Shown here piece by piece: positions 10,336 to 20,238 of a stretch of DNA of 64,000 nucleotides. Each line of letters opens with the position of its first letter. The stretch's first letter is position 1. This DNA is from Marine Group II euryarchaeote MED-G38. Lineage in GTDB: Archaea > Thermoplasmatota > Poseidoniia > Poseidoniales > Thalassarchaeaceae. Made by a program: the position numbers and the translations under genes. Under the pieces are notes generated by a model. It saw only the letters and a list, made by a program, of their open reading frames with translations. It was not told the DNA's origin and did not search any database. Location: positions 28,425-92,424 of the forward strand of contig NTJP01000007.1 of NCBI GenBank assembly GCA_002457145.1. The letters run 5' to 3'.

Positions 10336-12573
10336 TCAGACAGATTCCATTCCAGAATTACTACTTGATGAGCGTTTAACAGACTCTAATCCACTTGTTA
10401 AAGTTGATTCCATACGATTATAATAATCCATCATATCTTCTGTAACAGTTGGCCTAACTCTATCTATGGCTTGCTCAAAGAATTTCTTTGAAACTGTCTT
10501 TTTATTAGCCCTCATAGAAATCAAAGCTGCTTCTCGGCATATCGCTTCTATATCAGCACCGGTATAATTATCTAATTTAGGTAAAAGATCGTCGAGATTG
10601 AATTTACCGAGAGGCATAGATTCAGTATGAATCTTAAGAATTTCTTTTATTGATTCTTTATCAGGCGGGGGGATATGTAAAACTCGTTCAAATCTCCCTG
10701 AACGAAGTAGCGCTGGATCAATCATTTCAGGCCTATTTGTGGCTGCAACAACTATTACTCCTTCCATGGATTCTACTCCATCCATACTGCTCAGTAGCTG
10801 ATTAACAACCCTATTCATCGCATCAGAGCCGCCGCCTGAATTATCCCTTCTAACTCCTGCTATACTTTCGAATTCATCCAAGAAAACTATCGAAGGGCTA
10901 GCTTGTTTTGCTTTTTTGAACACTTCTCTTACTGCTTTTTCAGATTCTCCGACCCATTTTGATATTAATTCTGGTCCTTTGATAGTAATAAAGTTAGCAC
11001 TGGCCTCATTAGCAATTGCTTTTGCAATTAACGTTTTTCCAGTACCTGGAGCGCCAAATAGAATTATGCCCCTTGGGGGTTTAATTCCAAAGTGTTCAAA
11101 TGTTTCAGGTCTATTTAGAGGCCATTCTATACTTTCTTTCAATCTTTCTTTGATTTCTTCTAAACCTCCAACTTGGTCCCAACTTACTTGAGGGACTTCA
11201 ATATATACTTCCCTTAACGCACTTGGCTCAATATCCTTTATTGCTAAATGGAAGTCTACCATTTTAACTTCCATTTTTTCAATAACTTCAGGAGGTATTT
11301 CTTCTTCATCAAGGTTAATCTCTGGCAAATATCTTCGTAAAGCTTTCATTGCAGATTCTCTAACAAGTGCAGAGATATCGGCTCCTACAAATCCGTATGT
11401 ATTTTCCAACAACCAATCGATATCAAAATCATCACTAATTGGCATATCTCTAGTATGAATACCAATAATTTCTGCTCTTCCATTTTTATCTGGGACGCCT
11501 ATTTCTAATTCTCTATCAAATCGTCCTGGTCTACGTAATGCAGGATCTATTGCATCACGACGATTTGTCGCACCAATTACAACAACGTTGTCTCGTCCTT
11601 GCATGCCGTCAAGCAGAGTAAGAAGTTGTGCCACTACTCTTCGCTCTACTTCACCGCTTACATCTTCTCTTTTTGGTGCAATACTGTCCAATTCATCTAT
11701 GAATATTATGGCTGGTGAATTAGCAGCGGCTTCATCGAAAATTTCTCTCAATTGCTTTTCGCTCTCACCGTAATATTTTGAAATTATTTCTGGGCCGTTT
11801 ATTGATTGGAAATGTGCATTGGTTTCAGAAGCTACTGCTTTAGCAATTAGAGTTTTTCCTGTTCCTGGAGGGCCATGTAAAAGAACTCCGCGAGGAGGAT
11901 CTATTCCGAGTCTACGAAATAATATTGGATGTTTAAGAGGGAGTTCGACCATTTCTCTTATATTTTGTAATTGTTGGCCTATTCCCCCTATATCTTCATA
12001 TGATATTGAATGGATTATATCCTGTTCTTCTTGACCACTCATTGGTTCCTCTTTAATGATTATTTCTGTGTCGGGTAAGACTTGGACTATTCCTTTTGGA
12101 CTGGTTTGAACTATAGCAAAAGGCAATGCTTCTGCAAATAGTGTCATACCTGGAATAAATATCCTGTCTCCTGCAACAACCGGTCTTTTGTTCAATCCTC
12201 TTCTTGCAAAGCCTTCTATTCCGGGGCCAAATCTAACTTTTTGTTGTTTAGCCATAACTGGACTGAGTACCAATCTTGTACATGGTTGAGTTTCGACCTT
12301 GGAGATGGCTACACGATCGCCTAAACTTACTCCTGCGTTTTTCCTAATTATTCCGTCTATTCTGATTACCCCTAGGTTAGCATCTTCAGGCCTACAACGC
12401 CAAACTATAGCAGCAGTATCTTGTTCCCCGGATATTTGTATTATATCACCTGGTTTAAGATTGAGATCATTATCAAACGGGACTCTGGCACGTCCATGAC
12501 CTACATCGCTTGGAATAGCTTTTGCAACTCTTAATGTCAAAGAATCTGATATATCTGATGAATCTGTTGTCAC
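10336..12573 (-). CDS. cdc48: Cdc48/VCP-family AAA+ ATPase
   Basis: N domain plus two AAA modules ([29 protein letters not shown]). Confidence 0.96.
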   Translation of the reverse strand: MTTDSSDISDSLTLRVAKAIPSDVGHGRARVPFDNDLNLKPGDIIQISGEQDTAAIVWRCRPEDANLGVIRIDGIIRKNAGVSLGDRVAISKVETQPCTRLVLSPVMAKQQKVRFGPGIEGFARRGLNKRPVVAGDRIFIPGMTLFAEALPFAIVQTSPKGIVQVLPDTEIIIKEEPMSGQEEQDIIHSISYEDIGGIGQQLQNIREMVELPLKHPILFRRLGIDPPRGVLLHGPPGTGKTLIAKAVASETNAHFQSINGPEIISKYYGESEKQLREIFDEAAANSPAIIFIDELDSIAPKREDVSGEVERRVVAQLLTLLDGMQGRDNVVVIGATNRRDAIDPALRRPGRFDRELEIGVPDKNGRAEIIGIHTRDMPISDDFDIDWLLENTYGFVGADISALVRESAMKALRRYLPEINLDEEEIPPEVIEKMEVKMVDFHLAIKDIEPSALREVYIEVPQVSWDQVGGLEEIKERLKESIEWPLNRPETFEHFGIKPPRGIILFGAPGTGKTLIAKAIANEASANFITIKGPELISKWVGESEKAVREVFKKAKQASPSIVFLDEFESIAGVRRDNSGGGSDAMNRVVNQLLSSMDGVESMEGVIVVAATNRPEMIDPALLRSGRFERVLHIPPPDKESIKEILKIHTESMPLGKFNLDDLLPKLDNYTGADIEAICREAALISMRANKKTVSKKFFEQAIDRVRPTVTEDMMDYYNRMESTLTSGLESVKRSSSSNSGMESV

Positions 12574-12709
12574 TTCATTCGCCCCGGACGGATACCTCTA
12601 AAACTCTGGGGTAATTAAACCTACTAACAAAAAATTGTCTTTTATTTTCATTATTATCAATTACGTTAATACTCAGTAGGGTTATCAAAGTCAAGTCTAT
12701 CGCAGCGTC

Positions 12710-14338
12710 ATGGCCCATGTATTAGCGACCGGTTTTGAGAAGATGGAAAGTAAAAATCCAAATGATAACCCTAAGATTAAAGGATACAATATAATCAATG
12801 GAAAATTAAAGTTAGCAAGCAGTGGTGAAAGTTTTGAAAGTATTAATCCTGCTTGGTTAGACGACTGTTTGGGAGAATTTCCTCTTTCAACTAAAGCTGA
12901 TGTACATGAAGCATTAGCTGCTGCCCGTGCTTCATTTCCCTCTTGGTCATCTACTCCTGCTCCTACTCGGGGGCAAATAATAGGAAATATGGGGCGACTA
13001 CTGATGGAGCATAAAGATGACTTAGTACGTCTACAAGCACGTGAGATAGGAAAAACACTGAAGGAGTGCGGAGGAGAAATACAAGAAGCCATTGATACAT
13101 GTTTATTCTTTCAATCTGAAGGGCGGCGCCTCTATGGGCAAACAGTCAACTCTGAATTACCTGATAAAGAATTATTCACATACAGACGTCCTTTAGGAGT
13201 CTGTGGGATAATTAACGCCTGTAATTTCCCTTCTGCAGTTCCTTTCTGGAAGATGATTCCTGCAATTATGTGTGGCAATACATGTGTATGGAAATCTCCA
13301 CAAGATTCGCCATTACTTTCTTTTGCTCTTGCACGAATAATGTATGAATCAGGGTTACCAGATGGCGTGATTAATCTAATTCACGGCAAAGGAAGTGGGG
13401 CTGGACAGTATTTAGTTGATGCTGTTGATCTTGGAATGGTGGATAAAATATCTTTTACAGGAAGTACTTCAGTTGGGAAAATGATTGGAGAAGTATGTGG
13501 AAGAAATCTAGTGAGTGCAAGTCTAGAATTAGGAGGTAAGAATCCACTTGTAATAATGCCAAGTGCTAATTTAGAAAATGCAGTTGAAGGGGCCTATTGG
13601 GCTGGTTTCGGTACTGCTGGACAGAGATGTACAAGTCTTGGTAACCTGATTGTTCATGAAGACATATATGATGAATTTGTTGATAAATTCATGAAAAAAG
13701 TGATTAGTACTCCTATAGGAGATTCTATGCGTCATGATGATATGATATATGGATCAATGTTATCAGAAAAATATGCTATTGATTTTCTAAAAGCTATCAA
13801 AATGTGCGAAGAAGATGGAGCTACAAAATTAATTGGCAGCGGCAGAATCACAAATGATCTTCGTCCAGAGGGTTTTCAGGGCGATGCAAATGAAGGAGTA
13901 TATATGTGGCCGCATGTTTATGTTGATGTTACAGAAGATATGAAGTGTTTCCATGAAGAAATATTTGGACCTGCAGTTACAATTGTTAAGGCTAATGATT
14001 TTGAACATGCCCTACATTTAGCTAATGCAAGTCCATATGGTTTATCTTCGGCGATTTATACAAATGATAGATTGGAAGCTTACCGATATAAAACTGGAAT
14101 TAAAGCAGGTATGACTGGGATTAATAATTCAACAACTGGAGCTGAAGCGCACTTGCCATTTGGCGGTGTCAAGGGAAGTGGAAATGGCACTAGAGAATCT
14201 GGCATATGGGTCATTGAAGCATACTCTTATTGGCATGCAGTTAATGATGAACTATCCGGTAAATTACAACTTGCACAAATGGATGTAGATGAAGTTGATA
14301 TAGAAGAAGCTGAGGCTGATTATTCTTCTCTTGCCTAG
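12710..14338 (+). CDS. NAD(P)-dependent aldehyde dehydrogenase (substrate unknown)
   Basis: FTGS, LELGGKNP, catalytic Cys in AGQRCTS, EEIFGP, PFGGVKGSG. Confidence 0.93.
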   Translation: MAHVLATGFEKMESKNPNDNPKIKGYNIINGKLKLASSGESFESINPAWLDDCLGEFPLSTKADVHEALAAARASFPSWSSTPAPTRGQIIGNMGRLLMEHKDDLVRLQAREIGKTLKECGGEIQEAIDTCLFFQSEGRRLYGQTVNSELPDKELFTYRRPLGVCGIINACNFPSAVPFWKMIPAIMCGNTCVWKSPQDSPLLSFALARIMYESGLPDGVINLIHGKGSGAGQYLVDAVDLGMVDKISFTGSTSVGKMIGEVCGRNLVSASLELGGKNPLVIMPSANLENAVEGAYWAGFGTAGQRCTSLGNLIVHEDIYDEFVDKFMKKVISTPIGDSMRHDDMIYGSMLSEKYAIDFLKAIKMCEEDGATKLIGSGRITNDLRPEGFQGDANEGVYMWPHVYVDVTEDMKCFHEEIFGPAVTIVKANDFEHALHLANASPYGLSSAIYTNDRLEAYRYKTGIKAGMTGINNSTTGAEAHLPFGGVKGSGNGTRESGIWVIEAYSYWHAVNDELSGKLQLAQMDVDEVDIEEAEADYSSLA

Positions 14339-14445
14339 ATTAAATCCTCTCCACATTCTGGGCATGGTAGATTAGGTAACCACACGCCAGGCACATATTC
14401 ACAATTATGACAAATAGAGCTTTATAAATTATTGATTGTGTTCAT
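14335..14445 (-). pseudogene. CPxCG-type zinc-finger microprotein interrupted by an in-frame TAA
   Basis: Hand translation MNTINNL*SSICHNCEYVPGVWLPNLPCPECGEDLI*; stop at 14422-14424; not in the ORF track. Confidence 0.55.
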
Positions 14446-14569
14446 TTCATAAAACCCTAAATTTAGAGAATAAATAGTAACTAATATATTCTTAAAAAAG
14501 GTCATGGATGAAAGCAATCACTTATTGGCCACCGTCTATTCGGTTATGATATAAGGTAGGTGTTAGTTA

Positions 14570-15370
14570 ATGTCTGATGCAATCAAACTTCCTATGAAAA
14601 AAGGATTTGGAATTACCGATAGAGTTGATAAATGGTGGAATAAACCCTTTTGGATGGGGTTTGGACTTTCATTGGCACTCGTGTATACTGCACTGCGTGT
14701 ACTTGTTTGGAATGGAGAAATCCATTATGATAACCATAGAGTAACATCACCTATATTTTCTCCTGATGTTATTCATATTTTTGATTTGCAAACTCCACAC
14801 TGGATGAATTCAGCATTGCTTATTCTATGGATACCTTTCGGTTTTAGAGGAACATGTTACTACATGCGTAAAGTATACCATCGAGTATTTTTTCAAAATC
14901 CAACCGCGTGTGTCGTAGCAAAACCAAAAATCAGCTATAAGATAGATTATAAAGGAGAAAAGGGATTATTTATTCTGAATAATATTCATAGATATATGTT
15001 ATATTTGGCGATAATTATCCTCTCGATGAAAGTATATGATGTTTATCACACTATGTGGTTTCAAGGAGATAATGGAGTTGAGTCTTTTGGTATTTCAATT
15101 GGAACTTTGGTCCTAGCTATCGAGTCAATGTTGTTATTCATGTATGTTGCATCTTGTCATGCATTCAGACACCTATTTGGAGGTGGTATGAACCAATGGA
15201 GGAGTGGTATAAGTGGTATATTTGGAAAATTACACATTAAAATAAGTAATCTAAACATAGAACATGCTTTTTGGTTTTGGACAAGTTTAGTTATGGTATT
15301 TTTAGGAGACTTATTTGTATGGGCAGTTGCAGAAGGGATAATAAATGATATTCACTGGATAATTATTTGA
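14570..15370 (+). CDS. Succinate dehydrogenase membrane anchor, actinobacterial Sdh1 (Rv0249c)-like
   Basis: GFRGTCYYMRKVY...NPTACVV and SCHAFRHLFGG motifs; TM helices; precedes sdhAB. Confidence 0.82.
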   Translation: MSDAIKLPMKKGFGITDRVDKWWNKPFWMGFGLSLALVYTALRVLVWNGEIHYDNHRVTSPIFSPDVIHIFDLQTPHWMNSALLILWIPFGFRGTCYYMRKVYHRVFFQNPTACVVAKPKISYKIDYKGEKGLFILNNIHRYMLYLAIIILSMKVYDVYHTMWFQGDNGVESFGISIGTLVLAIESMLLFMYVASCHAFRHLFGGGMNQWRSGISGIFGKLHIKISNLNIEHAFWFWTSLVMVFLGDLFVWAVAEGIINDIHWIII

Positions 15371-15380
15371 GGTTTTTGAT

Positions 15381-17207
15381 ATGAATGAAGAATATATTAC
15401 TCATGAATATGATGTAGTTATTATTGGAGCTGGAGGGGCAGGACTCAGGGCGGCTATTGAAGCAAGTAAGACCGGAGTATCTGTTGCAATGGTCTGCAAA
15501 TCAATGCTAGGTAAAGCGCATACTGTAATGGCCGAAGGTGGTGCTGCTGCTGCACTTGGAAATAAAGACCCCCGTGATAATTGGCAAATACACTTTAGAG
15601 ATACTATGAAGGGAGGAAAATATCTGAATGATTGGAGAATGGCTAGAATACATGCTCAGCAAGCGCCTGATAGAATAAGAGAATTAGAGACATGGGGTGC
15701 GATATTTGACAGGACATCTAAGGGACTCACTAATCAACGTAATTTTGGAGGGCATACCTATCCTAGATTGGCACATATTGGAGATGCGACAGGTTTGGAA
15801 CTAATTAGAACTTTACAAGAAAAAGGAGTTCACATGGGAATGGATGTTTTCATGGAATTTACAGTTCGTAAATTGTTTACAACAAATGGTATAATATCAG
15901 GTTGTTTTGCATATGATAGAAATGATGGGACATTGCATGTCTTCAAATCAAAAACCATAGTTATGGCTACAGGTGGAGCGACTAGATGTTGGTCAGTTTG
16001 TTCTGGATCTTGGGAATATACTGGTGAAGGATATGCATTAGCATATTGGGCTGGTGCTGAAATTGGAGACATGGAGTTCATACAATTTCATCCAACAGGA
16101 ATGATTTGGCCGCCTTCCGTAAAGGGAATTTTGGTAACTGAAGGAGTTCGAGGAGAAGGAGGTATGCTTACCAACTCTGAAGGTAATAGGTTCATGTTTG
16201 ATTATGTCCCTGAAATGTATAAAGATGAATTCGCAGATACTGAAAAAGAAGCCCTAGAATGGGTTTCTGAAGTTGTTGATGGAAAATTAGCAACAGTACG
16301 TAGGCCCCCAGAATTGCTGACTAGGGATGTCGTTGCTAAAGCAATTAATTCTGAAAGAGATGCAGGAAGGGCTAGTGAGCATGGCGGAGCATATCTAGAT
16401 ATATCATGGAGAAATCCTGACCAGGTCAAGAAAAAATTACCAGGTATGTATCATCAATTCAAAGAATTAGCTGCGGTGGACATTACAGTCGAGAAAATGG
16501 AAGTTGGACCCACTGCACATTATGTTATGGGAGGGATAAAAGTTCATCCAGAAACCCAAGAGACCACTGTGCCTAGAATGTTTGCAGCTGGAGAGGCAGC
16601 AACAGGTTTGCATGGTGCGAATAGGCTTGGGGGTAATTCACTATCAGACTTAATTGTATTTGGCAAGATAGCTGGAGAACATGCGGCACTGGTGGCACAG
16701 GGATTATCAGATTTTCTAGTAATTAATCCAGTAGAAATAGAAGAGGCGATTAAAGAAACTTTAGCCCCTTTGACACGTAAAGAGGGAGAAAATCCTGCAA
16801 AGGTTGTGGAAGATTTAAGAGAAATGATGCAAAATAAAGTTGGCATAATTAGAACTGAAAAATTGCTAAGAGAAGCATTACAAGATTTAGATGATTTAGA
16901 AATCCGTTCTCAAAAAACATCAACTGGAGATAGCAGAATATATAATCCAGGATGGCATCAGGCATTGGAGATTGAAGCAATGTTAGATGTTAGCAGAATG
17001 TGTGCATTAGCAGCTTTACACAGAGAAGAATCTAGAGGAGGACATACTAGAGATGATTTTCCCCTTCCGGATTACAAACATTGGGGAAAAATAAATAGTG
17101 TAATAACCAAAAAGGATGAGATGTCCATAGAACATAGAAGTTATCCCCCAATAGATGAAGAATTGAAAAAATTACTAGATATTGAAGATTTACATGAGGA
17201 GGAGTAA
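15381..17207 (+). CDS. sdhA: Succinate dehydrogenase/fumarate reductase flavoprotein
   Basis: GAGGAG, covalent-FAD His in AHTVMAEGG, QFHPTG, HGANRLGGNSL, ESRGGH. Confidence 0.95.
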   Translation: MNEEYITHEYDVVIIGAGGAGLRAAIEASKTGVSVAMVCKSMLGKAHTVMAEGGAAAALGNKDPRDNWQIHFRDTMKGGKYLNDWRMARIHAQQAPDRIRELETWGAIFDRTSKGLTNQRNFGGHTYPRLAHIGDATGLELIRTLQEKGVHMGMDVFMEFTVRKLFTTNGIISGCFAYDRNDGTLHVFKSKTIVMATGGATRCWSVCSGSWEYTGEGYALAYWAGAEIGDMEFIQFHPTGMIWPPSVKGILVTEGVRGEGGMLTNSEGNRFMFDYVPEMYKDEFADTEKEALEWVSEVVDGKLATVRRPPELLTRDVVAKAINSERDAGRASEHGGAYLDISWRNPDQVKKKLPGMYHQFKELAAVDITVEKMEVGPTAHYVMGGIKVHPETQETTVPRMFAAGEAATGLHGANRLGGNSLSDLIVFGKIAGEHAALVAQGLSDFLVINPVEIEEAIKETLAPLTRKEGENPAKVVEDLREMMQNKVGIIRTEKLLREALQDLDDLEIRSQKTSTGDSRIYNPGWHQALEIEAMLDVSRMCALAALHREESRGGHTRDDFPLPDYKHWGKINSVITKKDEMSIEHRSYPPIDEELKKLLDIEDLHEEE

Positions 17208-17209
17208 AA

Positions 17210-17974
17210 ATGAGTGAGGATGTTACATTCAAAATTTTCAGAGGAGAACCTGATAATGATGGAGATCCTTTTGGAGAAATGGTAGAATATACTGTTCAAA
17301 TGGATGAGGGAATGGTAGTACTTGACGTAATACATAGGATTCAGGCAGAACATGCACCTGATTTATCATGTAGATGGAATTGTAAAGCAGGAAAATGTGG
17401 ATCTTGCTCAGCAGAAGTAAATGGCAAACCTCGTTTGATGTGTATGACAAGAATGGAAGAAGTAATGGAAGAAACTCCTGATGGTGAATCTGTAATGGTG
17501 AAACCAATGCAAGCATTTCCACTTACAAAAGATTTAGTCACCGATACATCTTGGGCATATGAAATGAATAAAAAAATGGTCCCAATAAATGGACCAGAAG
17601 AAAAAAATTGGGAATTTAATCAGAATGAAGCTAATAGAATACAAGAATTTAGATCCTGTATTGAATGTATGCTATGTGTTAACACTTGTCATGTTTTAAG
17701 GGAGCATCAAAAATTCGATGAATTTGCTGGACCTAGATTCTTTGTAAGACTAGCAGGATTAGAAATGCATCCATTGGATATCGAAAATAGAATTCCAGAA
17801 ATAAAAGAGGATTTTGGGATAGGTTATTGCAATATAACAAGATGTTGTACTGAAGTTTGTCCAGCAGGAATAAACATAACTGATAATGCAATTATCCCTC
17901 TAAAAGAAAGAGTTATTTCAGAATATTATGATCCCATATCCATATTGGCGAAAAAAATCGGTTTAAGAAAGTAA
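17210..17974 (+). CDS. sdhB: Succinate dehydrogenase/fumarate reductase iron-sulfur subunit
   Basis: CKAGKCGSC...C, CIECMLCVNTC and CNITRCCTEVCP cluster motifs. Confidence 0.95.
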   Translation: MSEDVTFKIFRGEPDNDGDPFGEMVEYTVQMDEGMVVLDVIHRIQAEHAPDLSCRWNCKAGKCGSCSAEVNGKPRLMCMTRMEEVMEETPDGESVMVKPMQAFPLTKDLVTDTSWAYEMNKKMVPINGPEEKNWEFNQNEANRIQEFRSCIECMLCVNTCHVLREHQKFDEFAGPRFFVRLAGLEMHPLDIENRIPEIKEDFGIGYCNITRCCTEVCPAGINITDNAIIPLKERVISEYYDPISILAKKIGLRK

Positions 17975-18010
17975 ATTATTAAAAAATATTTTACTATGAA
18001 AATATATCAA

Positions 18011-18274
18011 TTATATCCTATCTATACGGATTTTCTTTACAATTGCTTTATTTATCTTATCAGGCAACCATGCAGGTGCGCTAGCAGGTTTTGGGACCAT
18101 TTCCTTTTTACCTGTAAATACATGAACTTTGGCTGTGCCTCTTTCTCTGAGCCTGATATCAGTCTCCCCCCTTGTCGCAGCTTTTAGGGCTGCACCTCTA
18201 GGTTGTTTACTGTGGAACACTTGTGTTGTGTCTTTTCCACCTTTCATCAATACAAAATATTTCTTTTCAGTCAT
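18011..18274 (-). CDS. Non-histone chromosomal protein MC1
   Basis: QPRGAALKAATRG, IRLRERGT.KVHVFTG, PAWLP. Start moved to ATG 18274 behind GGAGA. Confidence 0.92.
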   Translation of the reverse strand: MTEKKYFVLMKGGKDTTQVFHSKQPRGAALKAATRGETDIRLRERGTAKVHVFTGKKEMVPKPASAPAWLPDKINKAIVKKIRIDRI

Positions 18275-18376
18275 AGACAATTCTCCAAACCTTTCCATTC
18301 TAAATTAGATAATGAACTTTTTGGCAAATGAATAGGATAATATTACCTAAATAGGCTTAAGATAAATTTGGAAGAT

Positions 18377-18610
18377 TTAAAATTCGGCGCACGCCAAAGT
18401 TTTGGTATTTGAAATTCCGGGAATGGAACGTATTGAATCCACTACCATACCGGCTATTACTCCAATGCCATCTGCTTCAACTTTGATAATTATATCATAG
18501 TCTCCAAAAAGGTGGTTAATATCTGAGACAAAACTTAATTTAGATAACTTATCAAAAACGCTTGTTTCTGCACCTGGTTCAACATTAACTAAGACATAAC
18601 CTGACGACAT
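18377..18610 (-). CDS. Stand-alone Lrp/AsnC ligand-binding (RAM) domain protein
   Basis: YVLVNVEPG, LFGDYDIIIKVEA, IRSIPGISNTKT; no HTH. Confidence 0.88.
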   Translation of the reverse strand: MSSGYVLVNVEPGAETSVFDKLSKLSFVSDINHLFGDYDIIIKVEADGIGVIAGMVVDSIRSIPGISNTKTLACAEF

Positions 18611-18708
18611 ATATTCCCCGAAGAGGCTTTAGTGAATCAACTCTTCGGCCTAATTCGGTTAAAAACGATGCGATGATTAGATATCCGATGACCTCGCCTC
18701 GCTGATTT

Positions 18709-19350
18709 ATGGCAGAAGTGGTAATAGTGAGAGAGTGTAAACATGGACAAGTCAGAGTGTTGTTTGGCAATATTACTACAGTCGAAGGAGATGTGATGGT
18801 AATTCCAGCTAATAATCGGCTAGCAGGAAGGGAAGGTTTGGATGAAAGAATGCAATTAGTTGCTGGACCTGAATTGAGAGAATTCTGTACAAACATAGCA
18901 AAAGAAAGGCGTAAAGAGAATTTACAACCTTGTGGAGTTGGAGAAGCAGTTACTTCACCTGGATTTAATCTTCCTGCAGAAAATCTAGTACATGTAGTGG
19001 GACCCGATTGTAGGAGGCCTTCACAAGATAACTTTAGAAGAGAATTATTGAAAAACTCTTATGATGCATTATTTGAACAAGTTGAAAAAATAGAGCCTAG
19101 AAAAACTCTGGTATTGCCACCTTTAGGAATGGATGTGTTTGCCTATCCTCATAGAGAAGGAGCGAGGAAAACTATGGAAATTATACTTGATTGGATGGAT
19201 GGTGAAAATGATCCTGGAGTCAGAATGGTATTGATTGTAACCCATGAAGATAATTTTCTTAACAATATGAAAACTGTATACAGAGAAGGTGAAGACCAAC
19301 TTCCTGGAATTGAAAGAACTAGAGATTTTCGTAAAGGAAAATTTCAATAA
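18709..19350 (+). CDS. Macro-domain protein (divergent)
   Basis: GNIT, PANNRL, GEAVTSPGFNLPA, VHVVGP, VFAYP. Confidence 0.88.
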   Translation: MAEVVIVRECKHGQVRVLFGNITTVEGDVMVIPANNRLAGREGLDERMQLVAGPELREFCTNIAKERRKENLQPCGVGEAVTSPGFNLPAENLVHVVGPDCRRPSQDNFRRELLKNSYDALFEQVEKIEPRKTLVLPPLGMDVFAYPHREGARKTMEIILDWMDGENDPGVRMVLIVTHEDNFLNNMKTVYREGEDQLPGIERTRDFRKGKFQ

Positions 19351-20096
19351 TCATTCAGATGTAAGTGTAATGCTTCTGTTAATGAAATTCTACCTGTTGC
19401 CACAGACCTAGCTAAGTTAGATGGAATAGTAGATTTACCTTGACTAGCAAGACGGCTAATTCTCTGTATTTCTCTCACTTCCCCCTTCGTTGGGATTACT
19501 TTTAACCGCTTAAAGACTGATATTCCTTTTTTTAAAGCTATATTCTTAGCTGAAGAAACGTGATCATGTCTTGAGCCAAAAGAAGTGTTATTCTCATCAA
19601 CTAATTCAACGCTGAATCCTTTATCAAGACAGTTATTTACAATCCTATTAGATAATGTTCTCGGTCCTTTACCTATTCTAATAATTGATGATTTAGGAGA
19701 TATATGATATATTATTTGATTAATCTCCTTAACTACCGAATCTACTTCTTCTAGTTGTAGTGAGCCTATTAATCTACCATCAGCAAACCAAGCGAGGCCT
19801 GGCCTTGGTCCTGTGTCAACACCAAAACTAAGTAATTCTACATTTGGTCCGGCTAATATTATATTGATATATTTTTGAACAGTGATATCGACTTCATCAA
19901 TATCGCATGAAACACCATTTTTATCTGTTGATTGTCTAACCTCTTCATCGGTTCCAAACCAAAAAATAATATCAGAAGGTATTTCTGCGTCATATTCTAA
20001 TTGGACATACTTAATTTGAGAATGCCTTAGTTTTTTGATTAGTCTGTAGGCTAATTGAAAGTCATTAGTCCGCACCCCGACTCTTGCCATAACCAC
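19344..20096 (-). CDS. Conserved euryarchaeal protein with YqgF/RNase H-like domain
   Basis: FGVDTGPRPGLA, IRIGKG, VELVDENNTS, DHVSSAKNIA. Confidence 0.7.
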   Translation of the reverse strand: MVMARVGVRTNDFQLAYRLIKKLRHSQIKYVQLEYDAEIPSDIIFWFGTDEEVRQSTDKNGVSCDIDEVDITVQKYINIILAGPNVELLSFGVDTGPRPGLAWFADGRLIGSLQLEEVDSVVKEINQIIYHISPKSSIIRIGKGPRTLSNRIVNNCLDKGFSVELVDENNTSFGSRHDHVSSAKNIALKKGISVFKRLKVIPTKGEVREIQRISRLASQGKSTIPSNLARSVATGRISLTEALHLHLNDY

Positions 20097-20238
20097 ACGA
20101 AGAAGAAGAAAGTGTTTTAATTAAACACATGTATAATTCACATTATACTTATTTGGGAGTAGTTTTATTCTTGTGAAATTAGTGTTTTATTCTTTTTATA
20201 ATCGATGTAGTCAAGTACCCTCACAATACGCTTTGTTC

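Noticed and set aside
12697..13092. 131-aa minus-strand ORF and the many similar short antisense ORFs in the track
   Set aside because: They lie opposite well-supported genes and have no recognisable motifs.
14422..14424. Stop-codon recoding (Sec/Pyl) in the zinc-finger micro-ORF
   Set aside because: The codon is TAA, not TGA or TAG, and TAA terminates many genes in this window.
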